Assembly (NCBI GenBank): GCA_963701965.1
Contig: OY969695.1
Location: 736,001 to 800,000 of the forward strand
Length of the DNA stretch: 64,000 bases
Reading direction: 5' to 3'
From: an uncultured Gemmatimonadales bacterium
GTDB lineage: Bacteria; Gemmatimonadota; Gemmatimonadetes; Gemmatimonadales; Gemmatimonadaceae
The notes beneath the pieces were generated by a model. The model ran no database searches, was not told where the DNA came from, and saw only the letters and a program-made list of their open reading frames with translations. Positions 1-11,385 of the stretch are shown here, in pieces (positions within the stretch are counted from its first letter, which is position 1; each line of letters begins with the position of its first letter). The translations under genes and the position numbers were made by a program.

Positions 1-1311
1 TGCCGTGTAGGCGGCGAGGTCCGTCGGTTCGAACCAGGCATCGGCGCGACCCGCCTCTACGCGCGCGAAATCGAGCAGCGAATTCACGAGCTTGAGGAGC
101 CGCAGTCCGTTCCGATGGGCGAGCGCCAAGCCCTCCTCGCCCAAGACGCGGGTGTCGGAATTCAGCGCATCCTCGAGCGGGCCGAGCAGCAAGGTGAGTG
201 GCGTGCGGAACTCGTGGCTGACGTTGGAAAAGAACGTCGTCTTGGCGCGATTCAGTTCGGCCAAGGCGTCGGCGCGCCGCTTCTCGTCTTCGTGCGCCCG
301 GGCGTTCGCAACCGCTGTGGCGATCTGCGTGGCGACGAGTTGGAAGAACCCGCGATAGTCGTCGTCGAGCGCGCACCGCGGGCTGAATGCCGCGACCAGG
401 ATTCCCCACGGCCGGTCCTGTCTCGCGCCGGCGATTGGCAGCACCATGGCGCGCTCGGGCGGCTCGGTCCACGGCCCGCCGGTAGGCGTGCCGAACCGCA
501 CGCCGACGTCCTCTACCAGCTCGGGATCGCCGGTGCGAAGGACGCGACCGAGGGGCCATCCCGCGTCCCCGGAAACGGTGTGGGTGAGATCGATGCACCG
601 CTGGCTCGCGAGCCCATCTTCTGTGAGCCCCGACGAACCGGCGAGGTGCGCCACTTCGCCCGTTTCGTCGATCAGATACAGCAGCGCACAGGGCACGTCG
701 GCGGGATGCCGGGCCAGAACCGCCGCCGCTTGTCGACACGCGTCTTCGGCTGTCCGGCTTTCCGCGATCGTGCGCCCGCCGAGCTCGCGCAGCATCGCGT
801 TCCGCCGCTCACCGAGCACGCGCGCGGTGGTCTCGACCACGGCGCAGAAGACGGCCCCGACGCCACCAGTCTCGACACGGATCGGGCTGTACGCGAAGGT
901 GAAATACGCCTCCTCAGTGTAGCCGTAGCGATTCGTCGGCAGCATCTGGTCGTCGGACCAGGTTGCTTCGCCGCTCGCCATGACGCCCTTGAGCATCGGG
1001 CCGATGATGTGCCAGATCTCGGCCCACACCTCGTGCGCAGGTCGCCCTAATCCGGCGGGATGCTTGTCGCCGATAATCGAGGCGCAGGCATCGTTGTAGA
1101 GTTGGATGAGGTCCGATCCCCACCATACGAAGATCGGGAACCGCGAGGTGAGAAACGTGCTGACGGTCGTCTTGAGACTCTGCGGCCACTCATTGACGGG
1201 GCCGAGTGGTGTGCGAGACCAGTCGAAGGCGCGCATACGCGCACCCATCTCGCCGCCGCCAGCCAGGACGGCGCTTGCACTCAACACCAGAGGTCCGGTT
1301 TCCTTCGGCAC
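1..1311 (-). CDS. PAS/GAF sensor histidine kinase (continues past left edge)
   Basis: Read manually, not in ORF track: GTG at 1311 after GAGAGGG; N-terminal GGGEMGARMRAFDWSRTPLGPVNEWPQSL..YNDA; H-box ELNRAKTTFFSNVSHEFRTPLTLLLGPLED. Confidence 0.85.
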   Translation of the reverse strand, partial: MPKETGPLVLSASAVLAGGGEMGARMRAFDWSRTPLGPVNEWPQSLKTTVSTFLTSRFPIFVWWGSDLIQLYNDACASIIGDKHPAGLGRPAHEVWAEIWHIIGPMLKGVMASGEATWSDDQMLPTNRYGYTEEAYFTFAYSPIRVETGGVGAVFCAVVETTARVLGERRNAMLRELGGRTIAESRTAEDACRQAAAVLARHPADVPCALLYLIDETGEVAHLAGSSGLTEDGLASQRCIDLTHTVSGDAGWPLGRVLRTGDPELVEDVGVRFGTPTGGPWTEPPERAMVLPIAGARQDRPWGILVAAFSPRCALDDDYRGFFQLVATQIATAVANARAHEDEKRRADALAELNRAKTTFFSNVSHEFRTPLTLLLGPLEDALNSDTRVLGEEGLALAHRNGLRLLKLVNSLLDFARVEAGRADAWFEPTDLAAYTA

Positions 1312-1646
1312 CCGCTATGCCCTCTCGCCTCCGGCATCGTCTCTTGGCCGGGCGCATCCTGCCGAGGTCTTTCGGCGCTGGTGCGCGGCGACTTGTCAAA
1401 TCTTGAGCGAGCAAACAACCAGGAGCAAGGTCACCGGATCTGCTGAGGTGCGCTTTGTGGGACACACCCCGAGGAGCGCACGACCGAACGCGGATCGGTC
1501 ATCGGCAAGCTCGAGCGACGCGTCTCGTGGGGCGATGGAACGGTCCGCGCGATCACATCATACGGCGACCTCTTCCTTGCTACCATCAACGGTTTGCCAG
1601 AGCACCTGCGTGGCACGCGTTCGGGGTCCTGCGCAAGTCACCGTGA

Positions 1647-2495
1647 TCACGCGTGCCCGATCGCTGGCCCTTGTCGTTCCAACACCGTCTTCATCCACTC
1701 CCGATTGCGGACAAGACGTTCGTCGTGCGAGACGAGCGGACAACTCGCGCACAGCGCGCCGTCCGGCACGAGATAGTAGCGGCAGCAGCTCGCGCGCCGT
1801 TGGTACAGGTGGACTGCCCCGCCATACTCCACCGCGTGCATCGTCGGGCGCATCTGGGCCACGACGTCGTCGCCTTCGAAAAAGCGATCCAGTACCGGTC
1901 CTACCGACCGCTGATCGCGGCGATCCAGCCAGAGGTTCGTAAACTGCGAGGCCCAGGACGACGTCAGCATGCCCCACGTCCCAAGGCGTGCGAACCCCGA
2001 CCACTCGCAGAGCGCGTCGACCATAGGACCGCTCTGGGCCACGAGCAAGTCGCGGATCGTGCGCAGCAGCGCCGACGGATCGGGCACGACGGACATCGAC
2101 GCATCGCGTCCCCGTGGATCACTGGCGACGACGAAGCCACGTGGTTCGTAGATCGCCGTCCGTTCGAAGAACGTCGATGCCCGAAACTTGAAGGACACGT
2201 TGTCGAGGCGGACGTCGGGAACGCACTGATACCGGAGGTAGGGCGCGACCGCCATCGCCGACGCCCACCCAAATCGCAGCGCGAAGGAGGCGGCGATGGT
2301 TCGCCGATCCGTCGTTCGCGCTCGCTCGCCGATCCGAAGAAGAAAATCGTGGAAGGGACCATGGGTCGCGTTTCGGAAGTCCGCCCCAGTGATCCACCCC
2401 TCTCCGGAGGGCTGCCCTACCACCACGTACCAACTGGGGTTGAGCTCCCGCAACGTATCAAACACTTGGGCGATAGGTGACAGCGCACTCGACAC
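1647..2495 (-). CDS. FhuF-like ferric reductase / (2Fe-2S)-binding protein
   Basis: C-terminal RRASCCRYY..LCASCP (CC-x10-C-x2-C FhuF cluster motif). Confidence 0.75.
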   Translation of the reverse strand: MSSALSPIAQVFDTLRELNPSWYVVVGQPSGEGWITGADFRNATHGPFHDFLLRIGERARTTDRRTIAASFALRFGWASAMAVAPYLRYQCVPDVRLDNVSFKFRASTFFERTAIYEPRGFVVASDPRGRDASMSVVPDPSALLRTIRDLLVAQSGPMVDALCEWSGFARLGTWGMLTSSWASQFTNLWLDRRDQRSVGPVLDRFFEGDDVVAQMRPTMHAVEYGGAVHLYQRRASCCRYYLVPDGALCASCPLVSHDERLVRNREWMKTVLERQGPAIGHA

Positions 2496-2773
2496 GTCAA
2501 GCCCGCCCGGTCACGGCCCGTGCGCCGGCAAGAGCCGCCAGCACGCCGGCAACGCGCCACATCCATCGATCTCGCGCGAACGGATCGGGGAGTGTCGACG
2601 AGTGTAGCGTCAGATGAGCAGGACGTGAAGAAGCAACGAAGCCGCGGAATGCCATGATCGACCCGGTATTCCGGAGCCCCGCATGCCCGCGCGTTGACCG
2701 AGCGGCACGGGTGCGCACGACGGCGCACCTATTCCCGTTGCCCCTCCCACGAGGGCATGCTGGGCTCCAGTGG

Positions 2774-2957
2774 CGTGGCAGGTCTTCTGGCTCGGGTGTC
2801 ATCCGCCGGAGAGCGCCTTCCCACGAGCTCCTCGCTCGCAGTGGCACTGCTGCTCTTCGGCGTCGACCCTTACAGCGGCGGGGCCGCCCCGGATTCGCAC
2901 CGGGTTCCCTTTTTCGACTTCGGGCCGCGCGAGGACGCGACCGCGAAGTACCATGCC
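2774..2957 (-). ncRNA. Cobalamin riboswitch (upstream of FhuF-like gene)
   Basis: Minus strand: AAAAGGGAA-CCCGGTGCGAATCCGGG-GCGGCCCCGCCGCTGTAA..GCCACTG..GGGAAGG..GAGCCAGAAGACCTGCC (B12 box). Confidence 0.92.
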
Positions 2958-3076
2958 TGGTTGTATTTTCGCATAAATACATCCCGTCAGGCTCGCAGGT
3001 CAAGGCACGCCGTACCGTCCGCCTCGCGACAGTCCCGGCCTTACCCGATCGGCATCAAGCACTTACGTCTACGAAC

Positions 3077-3724
3077 GTGTTCTCAAAGACCCGTCTCTGT
3101 TTCGTTCGACACGGCCGAGCCATTGGGGTCGAGGGCCGTTGCATTGGCCAGACCGATGTCGCGCTGTCGACCGCGGGAGAACAAGCGATCCGCGACCTTG
3201 TGTCCGGCATCGGCATGCGCGCTGCCCACACGGTCGTATTCAGCAGCGACCTCCAACGAGCGCGTGCATCGGCTCGGATCATCGCGACGACACTCGGATG
3301 CGACGTCGGCTGCGATCCCCGACTGCGCGAAGCACACTTTGGCGTGTGGGACGGCCGCCTCTGGGATGACATCGAGCACAGTGACTCGGCGCGATTTTAC
3401 GCATGGATGGACCGCTGGGCTGAGATAGCGCCGCCCGGCGGTGAGGCCGTCACTGACATCCGGTGCCGCGCCGTCGCGTGGATCGACGAAGTGCTTGCCG
3501 CGACCGTGACGGGACACCGCACTCTGTTCGTCGTGTCCCACGCGGGATGGATCCGGCTCGCCGTCGGCTACCTGCTTGGTCGACCGATCGCCACAATGTT
3601 TGAGGTGCCAATCGATCACGCTGCGGCCACCATCGTCGACGTTCACGGAACGGAGCGCTCCCTCGTTGCATCGAACGTTCGCCGTCTTTCCCCGTTGCTT
3701 GCATCGGATGGCGGGCCGATTTAG
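3077..3724 (+). CDS. cobC: Histidine phosphatase family, CobC-like alpha-ribazole phosphatase
   Basis: VRHG, SSDLQRA, LREAHFGVWDG, VSHAGWI motifs; lies between two B12 riboswitches; GTG start estimated. Confidence 0.7.
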   Translation: MFSKTRLCFVRHGRAIGVEGRCIGQTDVALSTAGEQAIRDLVSGIGMRAAHTVVFSSDLQRARASARIIATTLGCDVGCDPRLREAHFGVWDGRLWDDIEHSDSARFYAWMDRWAEIAPPGGEAVTDIRCRAVAWIDEVLAATVTGHRTLFVVSHAGWIRLAVGYLLGRPIATMFEVPIDHAAATIVDVHGTERSLVASNVRRLSPLLASDGGPI

Positions 3725-3894
3725 GTTCTGCCTCACAACTGACTAAGAGTGGGGTTTCCGGAAGTCCGGTGAAATGCCGGCGCGGCCCCGCCACTGTAAG
3801 AGCGTATTGGCGTGCTCGGAACAGCCACTGGTCAGCGGATCGATCCGCGGACTCGGAAGGCGAGCACGACAGCCTCGAGCCAGGAGACGTGCCT
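3722..3894 (+). ncRNA. Cobalamin riboswitch (upstream of cbiE)
   Basis: GGAAGTCCGGTGAAATGCCGGCGCGGCCCCGCCACTGTAA..GCCACTG..GGAAGG..GAGCCAGGAGACGTGCC. Confidence 0.88.
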
Positions 3895-4054
3895 CACTCG
3901 CACCTGCGTAACATCACCCTCGAGGGAGGGGTGCGGGGGTGACGCGTCACCAGAATGTCTGACACTCGGGCTCGGAGTGAGCATTCGGTCGGCGATTTGA
4001 CCCGTCCACTTTCTCGCTGAGGAAGGAGACGGGTTTCGTGTTCATGGTCGTCCG

Positions 4055-4714
4055 ATGATCGTGGCAGTGGGAGTAGGACCCGGTGACCTCGGCTATCTCA
4101 CGCGCCGTGGCGCCGATCTCATAGCGCAGGCCAACGCCGTCATCGGCTTCGAGACCGTCGTGAACATCGTACGGCCACTCGTGCCGCCCACGGCCGACGT
4201 CGTGCTCTTGACGTACAAGAACCAAGTCGAGCGCCTGGCCGACGCCGCCGACCTGCATCGAGCCGGACGCTCGTGCGTCGTCGTGTTCATGGGCGACGTC
4301 CACTTCTCGGGCTTCCAACTGCTCGAGCGTGTGGAGCAGGCCTGCAAGGAGCCCGTCTCCACAGTTCCCGGGATCTCGTCCGCCCAGATACTGGCCTCGC
4401 GAACCCGGGTGGCGTTCGACGACACGACCTTCGTCACGTTTCATCGACGCGGCGATCTGGCGCCGTTTCGTCGTCACCTGCAGCACGTCCTCGCCGACGG
4501 TAGGAACGCGATTGTGATCCCACGGCCGTGGGACTACATGCCGAAGCAGATCACCGCGGAGCTGCTCGCCGCCGGCGTCTCGCCGCGGCATCGCGTCGAG
4601 GTGTGGGAGCATCTCACGGCCACCGAAGCGGCGTGGCGCGGCAGCATCGATACGTGCACGTCGGATTTTAGCGACATGAGCATCATGCTGATCCGGTCGC
4701 TGCCCGATGTCTGA
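4055..4714 (+). CDS. cbiE: Cobalt-precorrin-7/precorrin-6Y C5-methyltransferase (tetrapyrrole methylase)
   Basis: [35 protein letters not shown] motifs. Confidence 0.8.
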   Translation: MIVAVGVGPGDLGYLTRRGADLIAQANAVIGFETVVNIVRPLVPPTADVVLLTYKNQVERLADAADLHRAGRSCVVVFMGDVHFSGFQLLERVEQACKEPVSTVPGISSAQILASRTRVAFDDTTFVTFHRRGDLAPFRRHLQHVLADGRNAIVIPRPWDYMPKQITAELLAAGVSPRHRVEVWEHLTATEAAWRGSIDTCTSDFSDMSIMLIRSLPDV

Positions 4715-4874
4715 GCGGAAACGCGGGCCGCGCGTCCAGGTGCTCAGACCGGACGGGGGACTGGTGACGGTGGTGCGGAAGCGCGGCGACCGGTACCATG
4801 CGCACGCTCGTGGGATTCGCTCAGGCGACTCCTGAAGGACGGGAATCCGTGCTGTTCCGCGCGGAACACGGGTG

Positions 4875-4990
4875 CGATCGTGGGCCTGGTCGCGAGCTTT
4901 GTGAAGGCCGTCGCAGCGAAATCGGCATCTCGCAGGAGCGGTTGGCGGAGCTGGCAGAATGTCGATCGCACGTACGCCGCAATGATAGAC
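4875..4990 (+). pseudogene. Remnant of an XRE-family HTH gene
   Basis: Joining frames gives VKA-RRSEIGISQERLAELAE-VDRTYAAMID; two frameshifts, no complete ORF. Confidence 0.5.
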
Positions 4991-5183
4991 CAGAGCCCAG
5001 TTCACGACACCGACATCGCGATCACCTCCTCCCTAGCCGGCGAGCGGGCGGTGCCGAAGTGTTCTCCGTTCGCGCCCATCGCCACCGGTCGTCCTCGGCG
5101 GCTGCACAACACGCGGAGCGGTCTGTCTCGTCGGCTACTGAAACACTTCCAAGAGGATTGGTGAGAAAGAAATCGACCCGGGA

Positions 5184-5496
5184 TTGCGCACGGTCGGGTC
5201 GGCCGGACACGCGCTGTCCTTTATGACGTACACGCTGCCCCTGACCCTGGTGGCTGCGCTCCTCGACCATGGCGCGCGCTGGGTGAGCTTGCTACCGGTA
5301 GTCGCGATCCTCCTGCGACTGACGCTACATTATCGTATGCGAGCGTCGGCAGCCGGGGGCATGGCTGGTGCCGGTGCGCGACCTGACGTCATTTGGCGTG
5401 TGGGTTCATGGGCCATGCGTCACGTGGCGCGGCAACACGATGTGGGTCCGGCCCGATGGAGTGCTCCACGCGAACGAAGAGGAGATTGCTGCCTGA
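5184..5496 (+). pseudogene. hpnI: 3' remnant of hopanoid glycosyltransferase HpnI
   Basis: GHALSFMTYTLPL..LRLTLH, then shifted frame WLVPVRDLTSFGVWV..VTWRGNTMWVRPDGVL; its TGA overlaps the hpnJ ATG (TGATG); GT2 core absent. Confidence 0.7.
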
Positions 5497-6929
5497 TGCG
5501 AACGCTCTTTCTGCAAGCCCCTTCGTACGAGGGATTCGATGGTGGCGCCGGCTCGCGGTACCAGGCGAAGCGCGAGATCCGTACGAACTGGTACCCCACC
5601 TGGCTCGCCCAACCCGCGGCCCTCGTCGAAGACAGCAAGCTGGTCGACGCGCCGGCGGCGAGGCTCACGTTGTCCGACGTGTTGCCGCTCGCGAAGCAGT
5701 ACGAGCTGATGGTGTTGCACACGAGCTCGCCATCGTTCCCGTACGACGTCAAGGTCGCCGAGGCGTTCAAGCGCGAGAACCCCAACCTCATGATCGGGTT
5801 CGTAGGCGCCAAGGTCGCCGTCGAACCGGAAAAGTCGCTGCTCGCTTCGGAGGCGATCGATTTCGTCTGCCGCGAGGAATTCGACTTCACCGTCAAGGAG
5901 GTCGCCGAAGGCCAGCCGCTCGGCACCGTCGACGGCTTGACGTTCCGGGACGATGCGGGACGGCCCGTCCACACCCCCGACCGGGCAATCCTCGAGGACA
6001 TGGATCGCCTCCCGTTCGTGACCGAAGTCTACAAGCGCGACTTACGCGTCGAGGACTACTTCCAGGGGTACCTCAAGCATCCGTACGTGTCGTTCTATAC
6101 CGGACGGGGCTGCCGGTCCAAGTGCACGTTCTGTCTCTGGCCGCAGACGGTGGGTGGGCATCGCTACCGGACGCGCAGTGTCCCGCACGTGCTGGAGGAG
6201 GTCGCGCTCGTCCCGAAGTACTTTCCGCAAGTACAGGAGCTGTACTTCGACGACGACACGTTCACCGACAACGGACCGCGCGCCGAGGAGATCGCGCGCG
6301 GCATCGGGAAGCTGGGCATCACGTGGTCGTGCACCGCCAAGCCGATCGTCCCGTACGACACGCTCAAAGTGTTGCGCGACAACGGCCTCCGGCTGCTGCT
6401 CGTCGGCTATGAATCGGGGAATCAGCAGATCCTGAACAACATCAAGAAGGGCGTGCGCATCGACATCGCCCGACGGTTCACGAAGGATTGCCGCGACTTG
6501 GGGATCACGATTCACGGGACCTTCATTCTGGGCCTCCCGGGCGAGACCACGGAGACGATTCAGGAGACGATCAACTACGCGCGCGAGATCAACCCGCACA
6601 CGATCCAGGTGTCGATCGCCGCGCCGTATCCGGGCACGTATCTATACAAGCAGGCAATAGAGAACGGCTGGTTGCCGGCTGATGACGATGACGCGCATCT
6701 CGTCAACGACCGCGGCATGCAGACCGCGGCGCTCTCTTACGAGCACCTGGGCCGTACGGAGATCTTCGACTCGGTCGAGACGTTCTACAGGAAGTTCTAT
6801 TTCCGCGCCGGCAAGATCGCCGAGCTCACCGCCGAGATGGTCAAAAGCCCGACGGTGGCCAAGCGACGGCTCCGCGAGGGAGTCGAGTTTTTCCAGTTCT
6901 TGAGCCGCCGGAAGGACGCCGCGGTCTAG
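5496..6929 (+). CDS. hpnJ: Hopanoid-associated radical SAM protein HpnJ
   Basis: MRTLFLQAPSYEGFDGGAGSRYQAKRE..WYPTWLAQPAAL; CRSKCTFC motif; true start 5496. Confidence 0.92.
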   Translation: MRTLFLQAPSYEGFDGGAGSRYQAKREIRTNWYPTWLAQPAALVEDSKLVDAPAARLTLSDVLPLAKQYELMVLHTSSPSFPYDVKVAEAFKRENPNLMIGFVGAKVAVEPEKSLLASEAIDFVCREEFDFTVKEVAEGQPLGTVDGLTFRDDAGRPVHTPDRAILEDMDRLPFVTEVYKRDLRVEDYFQGYLKHPYVSFYTGRGCRSKCTFCLWPQTVGGHRYRTRSVPHVLEEVALVPKYFPQVQELYFDDDTFTDNGPRAEEIARGIGKLGITWSCTAKPIVPYDTLKVLRDNGLRLLLVGYESGNQQILNNIKKGVRIDIARRFTKDCRDLGITIHGTFILGLPGETTETIQETINYAREINPHTIQVSIAAPYPGTYLYKQAIENGWLPADDDDAHLVNDRGMQTAALSYEHLGRTEIFDSVETFYRKFYFRAGKIAELTAEMVKSPTVAKRRLREGVEFFQFLSRRKDAAV

Positions 6930-6995
6930 CGCGACCCGCGTCACGTCGTCCGCCGTCGCTCGTCCACCCGCAGGGGATTTGCTGCCTGCCGACCG

Positions 6996-9900
6996 TCAGC
7001 GCCGCGCATCGGGTGACCGGGCATGAGACCGCTCCTTCCAAAGCGAGTAAATCGCCGGGATCACGACCAGCGTCAGCACGGTGCTCGTGACCATCCCACC
7101 GACCATCGGCGCGGCAATCCGCTTCATCACGTCCGCGCCGGTCCCCTGGCTCCAGAGGATTGGCACGAGACCGGCCATGATCGCCGTCACCGTCATCACC
7201 TTCGGCCGCGCCCGTTCGACCGCCCCATGCTCGACCGCGGCGTCCACATCGATCTGACTGTGGATATCGCGTGACGCGTAGGCGTGGTCCAGATAGATCA
7301 GCATGACGATCCCCGTCTCCGCGGCCACTCCGGCGAGCGCGAGAAACCCGATCGCGACCGCGACACTCAGGTTGTACCCGAGCCACCACATGAACCACAC
7401 ACCGCCGACAAGCGCAAAGGGCAGCGAGAGGAGCACGATCACGCTCTCCGCCCAGCTGCGGAAGTTGGCGTAAAGCAGCAGCACGATGATCACGAGCGTG
7501 ATGGGGATGACGATCTTGAGCCGCGCGGTCGCCCGCTCCAGTGCCTCGAACTGACCGCTCCACTCGAGCCGGTACCCAGGCGGTAGCACGAGCCGTGACG
7601 CGACGGCCCGCTGCGCGTCATGCACGTACCCTCCGATGTCTCGACCCCGTACATCTACATACACGATCTCATTGAGCGCTGCGTTCTCTGACTTAATCAT
7701 TGCCGGCCCACGAACGACGTCTACGTTCGCCAGTGCGGCAGTGGGACTTGCGCCCCGGACGGCGTCGCCACCAGCATCTTCCGCACCTGGTCAGGGACTG
7801 TCGCGGAAATCGCGGGGATAGCGGACAAGCACCCCATACCGCTCACGCCCGGCGATCACCTGCCCCGCGTCGGCGCCTCCCACGGCCGTACTAAGCGCCA
7901 TTGGCATCTCATCGCCCGTCAACCCATAGCGCGCCGCGGCCGCGCGATCGATGTCGACGTCGAGGTAGTACCCGCCCATGATCCGTTCCGCGTATACCGA
8001 GTTAGTACCGCCCACTGCCGGCAACACCCGCTCGAGGTCGTGGCCAATGCGATCCAGGGTATCAATGTTCGGGCCGACGACCTTGATGCCCACTGGTGTC
8101 TTGATACCGGACGCCAACATGTCCAACCGATTCTTGATCGGCATCGACCACATGTTCGCGACTCCAGGCGTCCGGACCGTCGCGTTGGCCTCGCTCACGA
8201 TCGAGTCGTAGGTCACCCCTGGCCGCCAGTCTTTCCTATCCTTGAGCACCGCGATCGTCTCGATCATGGAGAGCGGCGCCATGTCGGTCGCCGTCTCTGC
8301 TCTGCCGATCTTGCCCAGCACCACGCGCACCTCGGGGATCCGGGCGAGCGCCGCGTCGCGCTGCTGCACGATCCGCTTCGCCTCCCCGACCCCCACGGCC
8401 GGCGCCAGGGAGGGCATGTCCATGATGCTCCCCTCGTTCAGCGGCGGCATGAACTCGCTTCCCAGTTGCGCCCACGGGTACGCCGTCACCCCAAGCACCA
8501 GCACGGCGCCGCCGATCACGAGCCACCGATGCCGGAGCACGAACACGATCACGGGCCGATACAGAGCGATCAGCGCCCTGTTGACCGGGTTCGCTGCTTC
8601 GGGCTTGACGCCACGCCGGATGAGCAGGCCCATCATGACTGGCACGAGCGTCACCGAGAGCAGCGCGGCCGCGGCCATCGACAGCGTCTTGGTCCACGCC
8701 AGCGGCGAGAACAACCGCCCCTCTTGATCCTGCAATGCGAATACCGGCAGGAAGCTCGCCGTGACGATGAGCAACGAGACGAACAACGAGGGCCCGACCT
8801 CGTTCGACGCGTCGACCACCAGCGCCCAGTGTCCGCGCGGGCGTCCCTCGGCATCGTTCCGCTCGACGTGCTTGTGGAAGTTCTCGACCATGACGATGGC
8901 CCCGTCGATCATGACGCCGATCGCCAGCGCGATCCCACCCAGGCTCATGATGTTGGCGCTCAACCCCAACACCCGCATCGCTAGAAACGCCATCCCGATT
9001 CCGATCGGCAGCGTCAGGATCGCGACCAATGCGCTCTCGGCGTGAAGCAAGAAAAGCAACGCGACCAGCGCGACGATGATCGACTCTTCGACCAGCTTCC
9101 CCTTGAGGGTCGCCACCGCCCGATCGATGAGACCCGATCGGTCGTAGCCGTCGACGAAGGTCACGCCGGCCGGCAGCGCCCGTTCCAGGGCCGCCATCTT
9201 CGCCTTTACCCGCCCGATGACCGCCCGCGGGTTCTCTCCGAACCGCATGACGACCCAGCCGGTGACGATTTCGCCCCTGCCGTTCACGTCTGCGATTCCG
9301 CGGCGGATCTCCGGTCCCATCTGGACGGTCGCCACGTCGCCAACGGTGATCGGCGCGCCACCCTGCCCCGCGCCGAGCGAGACGGCGCGAATGTCATCCA
9401 AGTTCGAGAAGCGCCCTCGCCCGCGAACGACGTACTCGGCACCGCCCATTTCCAGCACGCGACCGCCAACGTCTTGGTTGGAGGCGCGGACGGCGTCGGC
9501 CACCCGTGCAAGCGGAACATGGTACGCGAGCAGCTTCGTTGGGTCGACCGTGACCTGGTATTGCTGCTCGAACCCACCGAGGGACGCGATCTCCGCGACC
9601 CCCGGCACCGCCGTCAGCGCCGGCCGGACAGTGAAGTCCTGCAATGCCCGGAGCTGCGCCAGATTGAGCCGACCGCTCGTGTCCGTCAGGATGTACTGCA
9701 TCACCCAGCCGACGCCGGTTGCGTCCGGGCCCAGCACCGGGCGTGCCTCTCGCGGGAGCTTCCCCTGGACACCGTTCAGGTATTCCAATACCCGCGACCG
9801 CGCCCAGTACAGATCCGTCCCGTCCTCGAACACCACGTAGACGGCCGACAGCCCGAACTCGCTTGTGCCGCGCACCACCTTGGTCCGCGGCACCTTGAGG

Positions 9901-10130
9901 AGTTCTGTCTCTAGCGGATACGTCACCTGATCTTCGACGAGCTGCGGCCCCTGTCCCGGCCACTCGGTCATGACGATGACCTGCACGTCGGACAGGTCCG
10001 GGATGGCGTCCACTGGAGTGCGCATGAGCGCCCAGACACCGCCGCCGGCGAGGACGACCGTCGCGAGGAGGACCGCGACCGTGTGCGCGACCGACCACTC
10101 GATGACGCGCGTGAGGAATGTGCGGCGCAT
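6996..10130 (-). CDS. cusA: CusA/SilA-type heavy-metal RND permease (disrupted by two compensating indels near 7730-7795)
   Basis: VDAIPDLSDVQVI, GPDATGVGWV, DGAIVMVEN, TDMAPLSMIET, RARPKVMT; shifted frame across the stop reads DQVRKMLVATPSGAQVPL. Confidence 0.9.
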
Positions 10131-10133
10131 CGG

Positions 10134-11385
10134 CTATTTCCTCGGAGTCGAGTCGTGGCGGGCGGGCGCCATCTCCATCCCCGGCATGTCCTGCATGGTA
10201 CCCGTTCCGCCACCCTGCCCGATCATGCTCTTCATGACTTCGGCCAGGTTCGACTCCGAGTCGAGTAGGTACTGCGCGGACGTGGCCACGCGCTGGCCGG
10301 GCCGGACACCGGACAGGATCTCGGAGAACTCACCGGCCGTCCGCCCGACCACGACATCGTGCGGCATGAGCGACCCACCGCCCATGTCGATGAAGACCAT
10401 GTGCCGATCACCAGTACTGAGGATCGCCGATGCCGGTACCGAGAGGCGACATCCGCGCCGGCTCCATGAACGCCACGGTTGCGTACATACCCGGTTTGAG
10501 CAGATCGTCAGGGATTCGCGGACGGTGATGCGCGCGGCGACGGATCTCGCCTCGCCCTGCACGGTCGGATAGACGAAACTCACGCGACCCGTGAACGTGC
10601 GGCCAGGGATACGCCGTAAGTTCGATCGTGGCGCGTGAGCCAATGCGCACCGACGCGGCGTCGGCCTCTCGGACCTCGGCGGTGACCCACACCTCCGAGA
10701 GATCGGCGACCGACAAGAGCATATCCCCCGGCTGGATCGCCTGCCCTTGGACGACCTTCTTGTCCATCACGACACCGCTCACAGGCGCATCAAACGTCAC
10801 GGTGCGTTCAGGCGTGCCCGTTCTGAGCACGCGCGCGATCTGCTCCTCGCTGACGTCCCAGGCGCGGAGCCGCTGTTTCCCGGCATCGACGAGACTCGAC
10901 GGGGTCGCGCTGTCCCCCGACGCCCGATCGAGTCGCGCCGCCACGAGCAGCTCGCCCTCGGCAGCCACCACATCGGGCGAATACACGGCCACGAGCGGAT
11001 CGCCCAGGCGCACTCGCTGGCCTGTCTGGTTTACATATAACCGCTCCACATACCCACCGACCTTCGGCACGACCTGCGACAGCCTGGTCTCGTCGGCCAT
11101 GACCGTGCCGACCGTCCGGACTTGCGCCGCGAGCGGCCGTTGTTCGACTATGCCGAAGGTGACGCCAAACCGCCGGATCTGATCGGCCGTCAGGCGGACG
11201 GTACCCGGTTGAGACGCCGGCATACCAGCCGTGCCCGCCATACCTTTCATCTCCGGCATTCCCTTCATGCCTGGCATTCCTGGCAGACTGTCAGATCGCG
11301 GCGCCTTGGCCGTGCCGCCGGGAGCGCGATTACACGCGGCGATCTCCAGGCTTACGATGACCATCAGCAGGTAGCGACTGATCAT
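10134..11385 (-). CDS. cusB: CusB-like RND periplasmic adaptor (frameshifted near 10450-10610)
   Basis: Lipobox IAAC, Met-rich termini, GYVERLYVNQTGQRV..VYSPD, ADLSEVWV; C-part FTGRVSFVYP..YLLDSES in another frame. Confidence 0.85.

Noticed and set aside
115..1050. Long plus-strand ORFs here and similar shadow ORFs (1653, 8040, 26267, 38835, 43661, 49991)
   Set aside because: Antisense or off-frame to recognisable genes; expected in GC-rich DNA.
5184..6929. 581-aa HpnI-HpnJ fusion
   Set aside because: Caused by a frameshift in the hpnI remnant; hpnJ has its own start at 5496.
7700..7793. In-frame TGA in cusA as Sec or readthrough
   Set aside because: The shifted frame gives the CusA-like DQVRKMLVATPSGAQVPL; two compensating indels explain it.
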